Source of the DNA: Candidatus Hydrogenedentota bacterium
GTDB lineage: Bacteria; Hydrogenedentota; Hydrogenedentia; Hydrogenedentales; SLHB01
Assembly (NCBI GenBank): GCA_029974275.1
Contig: JARKSN010000019.1
Span: 1 to 49,365 of the forward strand
DNA: 49,365 nt
Direction: 5' to 3'
The notes beneath the pieces are model-generated. The model was not told the origin of the DNA. It saw nothing but the letters and a program-made list of their open reading frames with translations, and did not search any database. The position numbers and the translations under genes are program-made. This document shows positions 38,801 to 47,650 of this stretch, piece by piece. Position 1 is the first letter of the stretch; the number at the start of each line of letters is the position of its first letter.

Positions 38801-40978
38801 ACGCCGGTGCCGCAGGTCCTGACCACCTCGGCCGGCCAGTCGAGCTTCTTTAACGTAGGCAGCGGCCCGATCACGCCGCCGATCCCCGTGAAGGTGTTCT
38901 TCGGCGCGAACGAAGCCACGTTGACGGGCGTGAAGGCTGCGGCCTCGCAGTACGGTTCGCAGTTGACGGTGGCGGCCCCGGCCGGCGAACGTCCGGGCGC
39001 GGTGGACGTGCGCGTCGAAGACACGCAAGACCCCGCCAACTTCGCGATTTCCCGCGCGAACTCGATCTACAGCAGCGCCAACGGCGGCTACCTGTACACG
39101 AGTTCGTTCACGGTGAATTCCCTGTCTCCCACGAAGTCCTGGCTGTTTGGCGGCGTCGTCGCCCACATCGTGGGCTCGGGCTTCCAATATCCGGGCGCCC
39201 AGGTGTACTTTGATGGCGTTCCGGCGGCCTTCGCGCCGGGCTTCCCCAACGGCTCGAACGATCTGTACGTGATTGTGCCGCCGTTGGAAGGCACGACAAA
39301 CGCCAGCCCGGACGCGATCACGGTCGACGTGCAGGTGACGAATCCGTGGGAGAAGAACTCTCAGGATGAGACGATCACTCTCCGGAACGCGTTCACCTAC
39401 GTGCGGTGGAACCAGAAGACCCAGTCGGTCGCGGGCGCCCAGGGCGACGTGTTCACCACGTCGTTCTTCTTCGACAACATGGACGGCCTCAACCAAGCCA
39501 TCAAGTTGTACAGCGATCCGTCCGCGCCGGTGGCGACCTTCGAGGTGCCTGCGGACATCTTGAGCAACGCGGTGAAGACATCGGTTCCGGTGTTCGGCTT
39601 GGCGCGCGCTTCCCAGACGCCGGAATTGTTCGGCGTGGAGAACATCGTAGCGGGAACGTCCCTGTACAAGGCGTGGAACTTCGACATCCATCTGTACAGC
39701 AGCGCGTATCCGTTCGAGGAGCTTAGCATCGCCCTGAACACCAGTCAGTCTCCGATGTGGCTGACGTTCCCGACGACCGCAATCGATCCGAGTCTGCGCA
39801 TCGACGATATCACCATCGGCGGCACGTCGCTGTTCTCGATCGAGAGCGCGCTTGACTACACGAACTTCGACAATCCGGTGTACACCCTTGCGACGACCAA
39901 CACGGGCGGCCTGAAGACTGCCTATCAGTCCAACGTGGTGTGGCCGAATTACCAGCCGCGTTCCACGACAAACATCGAGAACCTTCCGGCCGACACCGCC
40001 GTGACGGAGGTCTCTGTCCGGATGTACTCGCTGAGCGCCTTTGCGCTGCGCAAGGATGCCCCGATGCCGAACCCGAATGCGGCGACCGCCCTGGCCAACG
40101 CGACCGGTCCGCTGGCGGGCGGCACGCTCGTGTCCTTCGTGGGCAACGGTCTTGGATGGCCGCTGGGCGTTCTGTTTGGCGACAACCCGGCCGAGATGGG
40201 ATCCCTTACGGGCCGTAGCGAATACGGATTCACGATCCCCGCGCCGCCCGGCGATGAACTGGGCACGGTGGATATCTGGATCCAGGTGCTGTCTCCGTCT
40301 TCGGGAGGAAATCTCTCCATTTCCATTCCGGCGGGCTCCTTCACCTACACGCGACAGAGCGCGACCCTGACCCTCAACACGGTTGGGCAAGGCTCTATCG
40401 CGGTCGACAATCCGGGTCCCTATTTCGTGGGCGACGTGGTGACGTTGACCGCCACGCCCGCGTCGGGATGGCAATTTGCCGGTTGGTCGGGCGCGTTGAC
40501 GGGCACGGCGAATCCGTCCGCCGTGACGCTGACGGCCAACACAGTCGTTACCGCAACCTTCTCGGCCACGGGCACGGGCGGCAGCGGACTGGGTCTCATT
40601 CTGGGACTGTTGGCGGCGCTGTTCGGTCTGTTGGCGGGCGGCGGCGACCATGGCGGCGGCGGCCCGTGCTTCATCGCGACGGCCGCTTACGGCACGCCGT
40701 TGGCGGATCAGATCGATACGCTGCGCGCGTTCCGCGACGCCTTCCTGCTTGATAATGCGGCCGGCACGGCCCTGGTTGACGCGTACTACAGCGTCAGCCC
40801 GGCCATCGCCGACACCATCGCCAAGCACGCGGCGTTGGCCGTGGCAGTGCGTCTGGTCCTGGTTCCGGTCATCTTCATGGCCAAGCTTGCCCTGACCCTG
40901 CCGTACGTCAGCCTCGCGTTGATGCTGCTGAGCGGCGTCTGGGCGACGTTCCGTCTCCGTAAGCGCGGCAAGGCATAA
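35858..40978 (+). CDS. Large cell-surface protein: multiple IPT/TIG domains, cohesin-like domain, InlB B-repeat, CFI-box-CTERM
   Basis: Signal peptide; ITAVTPDSGPESGGTPITVTGKGF..NAFTY repeats; FTINFDPTVLE..LFTLRFNV; GWQFAGWSG; GGGGPCFIATAAYG..LRAFRD..YYSVSP; GAGGAG RBS. Confidence 0.9.
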   Translation: MGSRKKVILASLVSLMMIFAFAVGLAPSQGRDSILDAKAASGVSAVAVSVDNATPVGESYAIPVGGEQSFSALGLEGGVATQLLTTGGVMWSLGSDGNGVLSSAPGDRVATVTALAPGSADLFVTTADGLLDKVALTFYELKAAKASYPTATSLQIIQPADLSRLYVQTDSVNVPLPVVAVSNSPLDTKPVIFTRSDSSAIGTANAAPFSVTLADIASITTETITAASGSYLSDQPFHATSTFSVTQLDADADGNGLPDAPFTLPNLQPGDLWVASIEVPGGGVRTVLVTSLDTPAIKAVEPLGNAQTTLTYQDPAQQSRVFSVTAPAGLIGANERAVLVLEVADDVETLLGAVEAAKVPSPMRTLAPNGVYGVVSVLVKPSGASAYTAIDSARLALKPLTIEANGVAVNAGDNARFLSYPVQVVNAPSTGAQAQAALGAEWVATSNGTTVGNGVMTAALTSSTMVAPFLTPNNVQATGLSDSSDYSIGGKEVDVFLNNLPGDAVVAVTIDGTTVGTIKAAPGDYLFTVPPAATKLANPASAATYHVRVDITSPSSPEANSFDVLPNAFTYVGPSITAVTPDSGPESGGTPITVTGKGFSASLSAHLDGSVILNTSVVDSTSFTGTTTAHSLGQAGITVVTDKNYEGSMGNAFTYLPSAPQLTSAFPTRVFDDGGYTTRVRGLYFVDPNTEFKVRGQNLVYFTANESQTSIGDVNPGTDVPAANVDFLDDMNLNVLTPVHATGDYKLYAATFIPSNQPKNLNFGPKFGNLFQLSSNVLDFSFASAAESAMTISSIYPPVGPLGGGNSVQINGSGFPAGVALGDIPSGNVLRFGDSAATTFFAQTGVEIQIPVKLFVGPELDGQPATAFANGMTFTINFDPTVLEPILRPNLRPDFIANPDLATWYSESVATAAPAPGQISIVIADVGGNGLAMTTKDDQRVGGTNVQINPFTLFTLRFNVVGGAGASSGLTFTEVRMVNNVTPVPQVLTTSAGQSSFFNVGSGPITPPIPVKVFFGANEATLTGVKAAASQYGSQLTVAAPAGERPGAVDVRVEDTQDPANFAISRANSIYSSANGGYLYTSSFTVNSLSPTKSWLFGGVVAHIVGSGFQYPGAQVYFDGVPAAFAPGFPNGSNDLYVIVPPLEGTTNASPDAITVDVQVTNPWEKNSQDETITLRNAFTYVRWNQKTQSVAGAQGDVFTTSFFFDNMDGLNQAIKLYSDPSAPVATFEVPADILSNAVKTSVPVFGLARASQTPELFGVENIVAGTSLYKAWNFDIHLYSSAYPFEELSIALNTSQSPMWLTFPTTAIDPSLRIDDITIGGTSLFSIESALDYTNFDNPVYTLATTNTGGLKTAYQSNVVWPNYQPRSTTNIENLPADTAVTEVSVRMYSLSAFALRKDAPMPNPNAATALANATGPLAGGTLVSFVGNGLGWPLGVLFGDNPAEMGSLTGRSEYGFTIPAPPGDELGTVDIWIQVLSPSSGGNLSISIPAGSFTYTRQSATLTLNTVGQGSIAVDNPGPYFVGDVVTLTATPASGWQFAGWSGALTGTANPSAVTLTANTVVTATFSATGTGGSGLGLILGLLAALFGLLAGGGDHGGGGPCFIATAAYGTPLADQIDTLRAFRDAFLLDNAAGTALVDAYYSVSPAIADTIAKHAALAVAVRLVLVPVIFMAKLALTLPYVSLALMLLSGVWATFRLRKRGKA

Positions 40979-41003
40979 GCCTCGCCCATCGTTGCGACAC
41001 ACG

Positions 41004-41047
41004 GCTCCGGCGGAGGCCCCAAGCGGACCTCCGCCGGAGCTTTATTT
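41004..41047 (+). terminator. Intrinsic terminator
   Basis: 13-bp stem GCTCCGGCGGAGG/CCTCCGCCGGAGC followed by TTTATTT. Confidence 0.85.
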
Positions 41048-41146
41048 CGTTGGATGTATGCGTCGCGGGAGATGTCTTCAGAGACGGAGTTTCCGCGTTT
41101 TGTCCCGGAAGAGGTCCTGTTGGAAGGCATCACGAAGAGACGTGCG

Positions 41147-41953
41147 CTATCGGTAATGGACGAGCAGGCGCACCAGACATTGTGTCATGCGGATCGCAAA
41201 ACGCCGGGTCACGAATCGTGCGAGCATGGCCCCTGCCCATGCCTGGGGCGGCGCCACCACGGGTTTGCGCCCGAGGTTGCGCAAGGCGAGTCGGGCAACG
41301 TAGTCAGGCGAAGCGGCGAGGCGCAGCAACCGGCGCCGGTCTTTTTCTCCGATGCCTTCGACCTCGAAAAAACGCGTCCGCGTGGCCCCCGGATAGATGG
41401 TGACGACATCGACTCCCGAGCCGCGCAGTTCGCCCCACAACGCCTGGCCCAGGTTCAGGATGAACGCCTTGCACGCGCTATACGTGGCCTCGAACGGCGT
41501 GGGCGTCGCGCCGATGAGCGAGGAAACAAACACCACCGCCCCGGCGCGACGGGCGATCATGCCCGGCAAAAGGGCCCGCGTAAGAAGCAGCGGCGTGCGG
41601 CAATGGACGTGCAGGAGTTGTTCGATCTTGCTGGGCGGACGCGTCGCGAACGCCCCGCCCACGCCAAACCCCGCGTTGTTGATGAGCAACCCGACGGGTC
41701 TGTCGCCGATCGCGGCCAGCGTTTTCTCCACGGCGTCCGGGGCGGCAAGGTCCTGCGTCAGCGGAAGGCACGCGATGCCGTGTTGCGCCGCGAGTTCCGC
41801 GGCCAACGCCTCCAGTTTCGTCGCGTCGGACTCGAGCGCGATCAGGATGCAGTCGATTCCCTGCGCCGCGATCTGTCGCGCAAACGCCTCGCCGATGCCG
41901 GAAGAGGCCCCGGTGATCAGCGCCCAGCCGTTGTAACGAGTCAGGTTTTTCAT
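41147..41953 (-). CDS. Short-chain dehydrogenase/reductase
   Basis: TGASSGIG, NNAG, YSACK. Confidence 0.92.
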   Translation of the reverse strand: MKNLTRYNGWALITGASSGIGEAFARQIAAQGIDCILIALESDATKLEALAAELAAQHGIACLPLTQDLAAPDAVEKTLAAIGDRPVGLLINNAGFGVGGAFATRPPSKIEQLLHVHCRTPLLLTRALLPGMIARRAGAVVFVSSLIGATPTPFEATYSACKAFILNLGQALWGELRGSGVDVVTIYPGATRTRFFEVEGIGEKDRRRLLRLAASPDYVARLALRNLGRKPVVAPPQAWAGAMLARFVTRRFAIRMTQCLVRLLVHYR

Positions 41954-41984
41954 TGTTGCGCCGCCTTTTCAAAAGAGCGCGGTT

Positions 41985-44900
41985 TCATCTTCCCTCGGTT
42001 GGCAACACGCTGATCACGGTCTCCGCCGTCATGCCCGACAGCACATCGCGCGCACGCAGCCGGTACAGGCCCGGCGTCTCGTTGCGGGCCAGCGGGATGT
42101 AGGTCTGTCCCTTGCCGCCGGGGCAGATTGTCGTGCGGCTGTAATGTCCAAGCGCATCTCCATTGATCCGCGACAATGTCGTATGCACGCAATGTTCGCC
42201 GGGCTCGGCGTTATGCGCGACGACCTCGAACGCGAGAGGGATGCGTTTGCCTTGGCCGACGGCTTTGGGAGCCGTCATCACAAGTTTCGTCACGTCGTAC
42301 GGCAGCGCCGCGAACACGGCAGCCTGTCCCGGCGCGAGCGTGCGCGCAACGTTTTTCCGGCGGGCTGGGGGCGCGTCCGTCAACATGTCGTGCACGCGCG
42401 TTTTCTCGTCGAAACGGAGACGCGCCTTCTCTGGCTTTTTCCCCTCGGGACGTCGCACGGCGACGACGATGCGGGCTTTGCCATACGCGAATGCGGCGGA
42501 ATCTCCGTGAAAGACGCGATCGGGCTGCGTCTCGATGCCGATCGGCGGCTGGGGCAAAAGCCTGCTCAACAACGCGCTCCATGCCGTGCGCCAGGCCAGG
42601 TCCCGTTGTTTGCCTCCGCTCTCGCCATAGGCGGTCATCGCGACGTTGGTCAACAAAGCATACGTCGTCCCTTCTTTACGTTCGAGCCAGAGGGGGGCGC
42701 TGTCCGCCTTGCCCAGCGGCGACGCCCCGGCCGCCGTGACCGCCCGGTCGAATACAACCCCCGGCAGCGTTGTCTCGGCATGGCTGTTTGCGTTTATGAT
42801 CACGGCGCCTTCCGTCGCTTGGCTCTGCGTTGGCGGTGCGTCGTAGCGGACGCCGAAGAGTTCCGCCAATGCGGGAGCGGCCCGCGGAACGCCGTGATCG
42901 TCGAATTGGCCCGGTGCGATGTCTGCGATGACCATTCCGCCGGAGGCGTGGAACGCGCGCAGGGCGTCCGCCTCGGCGTCGCTCAGGGCGCGCGTCAACG
43001 GCAGCGCCACGGCCTTGTACGGCGCGAGCCCGCCCTGCGTCGCCTGATCATACGAGACCAGATCATACGCGACGCCCACATCGTCCAACAGGCGCGCATA
43101 CGCCGCCAGTGAGACGTCGTGGCTTCCGAATGCAGGCGCGATCGCGTCAAGATAGCGGGAAGCTTGACTGTCGTATAGGGCTATGGCGGCCGGCAGGCGC
43201 TTTGCCCGGCACAGCACGGCGCCGATCCCGGAGTTGATGGCCGCTGTCGAAACGGCGGCCGCTGTGAACGCGGCAGTCGGCTCGCCGCCCGGTCCCAGCG
43301 CGGGGCCCGTCGTCGCCGCGCTGCTTTCAGACAGACATGCGTCCCACCAGAAACTTCGCAGGCCGTTGATTGCCGCGTGCCACGGCAGCCACGCGCCGCG
43401 CGCCAGATCGTTGGGTCTTGCATTTCCGCAGACGCCGCTCAACGCTTCTTGCGGCGCATAACACCGCAACCGAGCGGCATGTATCGAGCCTGGCGGCAAG
43501 GCCATCAGCCCCATCTGCGACGCCAGTTGCCAGAAATCGTATCCCCCATACGGCGATGCCGCTGTCGCGCCGGCAACGAGACGCGGCGTGAACCCCGTGC
43601 GGGCTTCTCGGTCGGCGCCAAGGACGACGTCGCGTCCGAAGGTATGGATGCCGGTCAGCACGACGTCCATGTAGCGCCGGAAATCAATCCACGACGCATA
43701 CGACTCTCTTGCGGCGGCCGTCTCCCGCGGCGAAGGGACCACGTCGTCCCACGAGGCGAACGACGCTTTCCACGCGGCGTTGAGCGCGCCGAGATCGCCA
43801 TACACGCCCGCAAGATACGCGCGGAATCCGTCGAGGGTAGCGGGCGCATGGCACAAGTCCTCTTCCGCAGCGGACACGCAGTTCCCGTCGCCCAGTGAAT
43901 ACAGGCTTTGACCCGTAACCCGGAACGGCGCAAGGCGGTCCCGAATCCGGCGCGCTTCGCTGTCGCGGAAGAGCGGATCGCTCAGGCATGGGACGCGCAC
44001 GCCTCCGTCTTCCACCCGGTACTCGGCATAGCAGGTGAGCAGCGGCAGCGGTCGCAGCCCTGTCTCCAACGGCCACACAGCCGCGGCGTCCGTGGCGGGT
44101 GTTGCGACGAAATTGACGCCCGCCGCCGCCAGCGCGGCCATTGCCGATCGCCGGTTGAATTCGTCGCAGGCCATTCCTTGCGCGACAAACGCGAATGCAT
44201 CCGCAGGCCGCGTCTGCCGCACCGGCATGTAGACGTATGCGAAGGAAGCGTTCTGCAATTCCCAGTTGGAAGGACGCCCCGTGAATTCAGAAGGAGGACG
44301 GGCCAACGCGAACGCTTCCACTTTGAGGCGGGGGGCCAGCAGATCGGCGAATTCGAGCGTGGCGGTGACGGAGCCCCCTTCTCGGGGCACGCCAACCATG
44401 GTTTCGGCGACCAGCCGTCCGTACGGGTCCGTTCCGCGCGCGTACACCGTGCAGGGTTGCTGCGCGTACGCCGCCTCGGACACCGCCACGCTGATATCCA
44501 GCGTATCGTTGGGAAGCAACGCGCCCTTGGAGAGGAGCAGTCGATCGATTTCGGGCCAGCCGCGCACCTGTTCCGGCTCGGAATGCCAGGTGACGACCTT
44601 GTCCCCGTCGAGCAGCCAGACGTCGAGCACATGCTGGCCGGGGCCGATGGGCAGGTTGAGCAAATATGAATCCCGCCCTTTGTGCAGCGCCGTTTTCGGC
44701 TGAAACGTCGTCACCCAATCCGCGCCCGGCGTGCGCAGTTGCACGCGGAGCGAGTAGGTGCGCGCGGCCGGTTTTTCGAGATGGACCACGAACTGACGGC
44801 CTGGCAGGCGCAGGTACATCTCACGCGATCGCTCCACGAATTCCGGAAACAAATCCGGCGGAGCCTCTTCTTCCGACGGTCCGGCGGGCGCGACGGCCTC

Positions 44901-45728
44901 GATGCGGGCGATGCGCGCGCTCGGATCGCGACCGGCCGCCCACAAGACGGTTCGCGCCGCCATGCCGATGTAGGTTTCGTAATGCGTCCATTCCGCGAGC
45001 GTCGGCTGCGACAACGGCGGCAGGACGAAATGGGTGGCCGGGCGTTCGCCTCCGTATTCAAGCTGAGCGACACGGCCTTTGCCGGCCTTCCCGCACGTCA
45101 AGAACAGCAGGCCCTGCGCCCATTCCGGCGTCGCGGCCTCGCCCGCGCCGCGCGCCGCAATCGTCCCCGACTCGTCGGGCGCAAGCCCCTCCAAAAAACC
45201 GCGAAGCGTTTCGGGAAGCCCCTCGCGATGATACGCCAGCACGAGCCCCGCACCGCCGTCGACTTCCTCGATCAACCGGACTTGCACATCCTCCGGAAGA
45301 AGAGAGAACGAGAAATTGCCCGCCAGAATCACGTCGTACGAGCGCCGCAAAAAGCCCCGCAACGTCGCAAGCGTTTCCTGTTCGCTCGCGCCAGGAAAAG
45401 TCCCCTCCGGAACCAGCTCGTCGCAGCCGAGATGCGCGGCGTCCCACAGCGGCGCGCAATCGAGGCGCATATCCATGCGCTCGGCCAACGCATACGCGTC
45501 GCGCAACGCTGCCCGCGGCGCAATGCACAACGCCCGGATAGGTCCGCCCGCCAAAGGCTTGGCCCACGGCGTCGCCCCTTGCGGCGAGACCGGCCGCACG
45601 CGGGCAAACACGTCCCACGGATTCCGGGGCGTTTCCTGCGCCGCTCCCGCTACGCACGCGATCACGAGCAGAAACGCTGTTCCGATCGCATTTCGAAAAG
45701 GCCTGCACTGTTCTGTCGCGCCGTTCAC
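41985..45728 (-). CDS. Large secreted GH42/beta-galactosidase-like multidomain protein
   Basis: FRAYL..YGDLGALNAAWKASFASWDDV, WIDFRRY, trimerisation-like GGMVIAD..PGQFD; start uncertain (GTG 45728 chosen). Confidence 0.75.
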   Translation of the reverse strand: MNGATEQCRPFRNAIGTAFLLVIACVAGAAQETPRNPWDVFARVRPVSPQGATPWAKPLAGGPIRALCIAPRAALRDAYALAERMDMRLDCAPLWDAAHLGCDELVPEGTFPGASEQETLATLRGFLRRSYDVILAGNFSFSLLPEDVQVRLIEEVDGGAGLVLAYHREGLPETLRGFLEGLAPDESGTIAARGAGEAATPEWAQGLLFLTCGKAGKGRVAQLEYGGERPATHFVLPPLSQPTLAEWTHYETYIGMAARTVLWAAGRDPSARIARIEAVAPAGPSEEEAPPDLFPEFVERSREMYLRLPGRQFVVHLEKPAARTYSLRVQLRTPGADWVTTFQPKTALHKGRDSYLLNLPIGPGQHVLDVWLLDGDKVVTWHSEPEQVRGWPEIDRLLLSKGALLPNDTLDISVAVSEAAYAQQPCTVYARGTDPYGRLVAETMVGVPREGGSVTATLEFADLLAPRLKVEAFALARPPSEFTGRPSNWELQNASFAYVYMPVRQTRPADAFAFVAQGMACDEFNRRSAMAALAAAGVNFVATPATDAAAVWPLETGLRPLPLLTCYAEYRVEDGGVRVPCLSDPLFRDSEARRIRDRLAPFRVTGQSLYSLGDGNCVSAAEEDLCHAPATLDGFRAYLAGVYGDLGALNAAWKASFASWDDVVPSPRETAAARESYASWIDFRRYMDVVLTGIHTFGRDVVLGADREARTGFTPRLVAGATAASPYGGYDFWQLASQMGLMALPPGSIHAARLRCYAPQEALSGVCGNARPNDLARGAWLPWHAAINGLRSFWWDACLSESSAATTGPALGPGGEPTAAFTAAAVSTAAINSGIGAVLCRAKRLPAAIALYDSQASRYLDAIAPAFGSHDVSLAAYARLLDDVGVAYDLVSYDQATQGGLAPYKAVALPLTRALSDAEADALRAFHASGGMVIADIAPGQFDDHGVPRAAPALAELFGVRYDAPPTQSQATEGAVIINANSHAETTLPGVVFDRAVTAAGASPLGKADSAPLWLERKEGTTYALLTNVAMTAYGESGGKQRDLAWRTAWSALLSRLLPQPPIGIETQPDRVFHGDSAAFAYGKARIVVAVRRPEGKKPEKARLRFDEKTRVHDMLTDAPPARRKNVARTLAPGQAAVFAALPYDVTKLVMTAPKAVGQGKRIPLAFEVVAHNAEPGEHCVHTTLSRINGDALGHYSRTTICPGGKGQTYIPLARNETPGLYRLRARDVLSGMTAETVISVLPTEGR

Positions 45729-45899
45729 GCCATCGCCCTCATGTGTCGCGGAATTGTAGCAGAACCGGCACGCGGATCGCCCCGCAAGACGATCCCTTCT
45801 TCCCCAAAAGCCCGCAGCGAAAAGCGCCATCGGGAGAATGGAAAAGCGGAGCGGCTTCGTGTATCTTGATTTCGCCGCATGAAAACCGAGGAAACGGCA

Positions 45900-46364
45900 A
45901 TGCCCGACGAGATGTTCTTTTCACGAGACATGCGTTCGCTGCGCCGGGGGCGGAGGCGTTCGCGGCGAAACGAATCGTTTCGCCCGTGTCATGTATGGCC
46001 TGCGGACGATCCCGATCGCCGCGCCGAGGGCATCGTGTTGGACATGAGTCCGCACGGCATGCGCATCCGCATGATCGAAGCAATGCCCGAAGGTTCCTCC
46101 GTGCGCGTGCAACTCATGCGCGACGAATCGTTCCAAGACCCGCTCGCTCAAATCCTCGAAGGCGTCGTCGTGCGGGACGTGGTGCACGAGTCCGGCTTCA
46201 TCGATCATGGCGTCGCCTTGGCCCAGCCCGATCTGCCGCGCCAAAACGCCAAGCCGTTGCGCGCCGCGCCGCGCCGATCGCCTCACGCCGCCAATTCCGG
46301 CGGCCGCATGCATACCATCGATATTACACTAGGAGATCGGAACGATCGGCGCACGAGGAGGTGA
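45900..46364 (+). CDS. PilZ-domain protein
   Basis: RRRSRR (RxxxR) and DMSPHG (DxSxxG) c-di-GMP motifs; GAGG RBS. Confidence 0.75.
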   Translation: MPDEMFFSRDMRSLRRGRRRSRRNESFRPCHVWPADDPDRRAEGIVLDMSPHGMRIRMIEAMPEGSSVRVQLMRDESFQDPLAQILEGVVVRDVVHESGFIDHGVALAQPDLPRQNAKPLRAAPRRSPHAANSGGRMHTIDITLGDRNDRRTRR

Positions 46365-46366
46365 TC

Positions 46367-46756
46367 GTGGGCAAGGCGAAGGTGTTGGTTGTTGACGACG
46401 AGCCGGACTTGGTCGAATTCATCGCGCGGCTCCTGCGCGCCGAGGGCTTTGACGTCCTGACTGCGTACGACGGCATCAACGCCATGGACATGACCGAAAA
46501 CGAGCGCCCCGACATCATCTTGCTCGATATCATGATGCCCATGGTCAGCGGCTACGAAGTCTGCCAGCAAATCAAAGCCAACCCGATGACCCGCAATATT
46601 CCCATCCTCTGCATGACCTCCGCCCATTCCATCGATGCACGCGCTCGAAGCCGCCAGGCCGGCGCCGCCACTGTGATTGTCAAGCCCTTCACCCCCGCCG
46701 AGTTGGTCGCCCAGGTCCGGCGCCACCTTCCAGAAGCCGACGATCTGCAGTCCTGA
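46367..46756 (+). CDS. Single-domain response regulator (receiver)
   Basis: VLVVDDE, LLDIMMP, MTSA, KPF; GTG start after GAGGAG. Confidence 0.92.
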   Translation: MGKAKVLVVDDEPDLVEFIARLLRAEGFDVLTAYDGINAMDMTENERPDIILLDIMMPMVSGYEVCQQIKANPMTRNIPILCMTSAHSIDARARSRQAGAATVIVKPFTPAELVAQVRRHLPEADDLQS

Positions 46757-47196
46757 CGCGCAATCGTGCGGCCAATCTCCTAGATGCCGAAACGAATTCT
46801 GTGCGGATAAATAAGTTGTCAAAATAGAATCATTATAATTCAATCAAGATTTTTTAGTTATCACCCATTGTGTTTTTGATGCGCACAGAAGCGCGCCACG
46901 AATGTCTTTACCGATCATTGCTGTTTACGGATTTGGGAAGCAGAAAAACGGCTCGCAATGCTGAATGTCGCTCCTAAATATTTCGAAAATAAAGACTTAT
47001 AATGGCAAAACTTCCTGACTCTTTTTCTGCGGAGCGTGATGTTCCTTGTTTCTGGCGAGGAAAGGGCGCCTCTCCCATCGTTCAGGTACGGTATTTGCGT
47101 ACACGTATCGTTGCGTATAGTGAGAAGGCACATGGCGGGACTTTACACACGGTGGAGTGAGGAAAGTGCTGAGCTGCGGTCTTACGGCTTTTTTAC

Positions 47197-47225
47197 TTGA
47201 CAAAAAAGCGAGAGGCGGCTACTAT
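47197..47225 (+). promoter_or_regulatory. Sigma70 promoter upstream of the SGNH gene
   Basis: TTGACA (47197-47202)-N17-TACTAT (47220-47225). Confidence 0.65.
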
Positions 47226-47650
47226 ACTTGTACGACATTTCTTTACGCGACAGTGACCGGTTTCGCGAAGGACGAAAGTGACGCGCGGGTGCGTTGGCGC
47301 CGGATTCGCGCGGAAAGGCGAGGCTGTCCTGTTGTTCAGTGTCTCCCTTGGATGCCACAAGCCCAAGTTAGGACAAGGAGCCTTCGTACTATGTCGATGG
47401 CGGATAGGCTCGCGCGGAATGCCATCACGGCTGCGATGGAACGCGCATACAGGCCACGGGTGCAACGCGAACGTTGCGCTTTCGCGGCGCCCATCGTGGA
47501 TTTCCCTTACCTCTTTTGTTCTTTGTTGAAAACGTCGTTGCCGAAACGCGGCGCGTCTTTTCGTGTGGGCTCCGGGTCGTTGTTCGATTTCAGGATGGCG
47601 CCCCGTTTCGTTGGTGATCAAGCAAGTCTAACGTAAGAAAGGGACAATTC

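Noticed and set aside
35801..41002. 1733-aa antisense ORF, and similar long shadow ORFs such as 1549..3393, 4686..6752, 19928..21997 and 33870..35627
   Set aside because: They mirror well-supported genes on the opposite strand, have no motifs, and are expected from GC-rich codon bias
46800..46870. Replication origin (AT-rich, one DnaA-box-like TTATCCGCA on the minus strand)
   Set aside because: Only one imperfect box and no dnaA/dnaN/gidA context
47157..47636. ORFs 47157..47636 (+) and 47193..47621 (-) as genes
   Set aside because: No motifs, atypical composition, and overlap with a clear promoter
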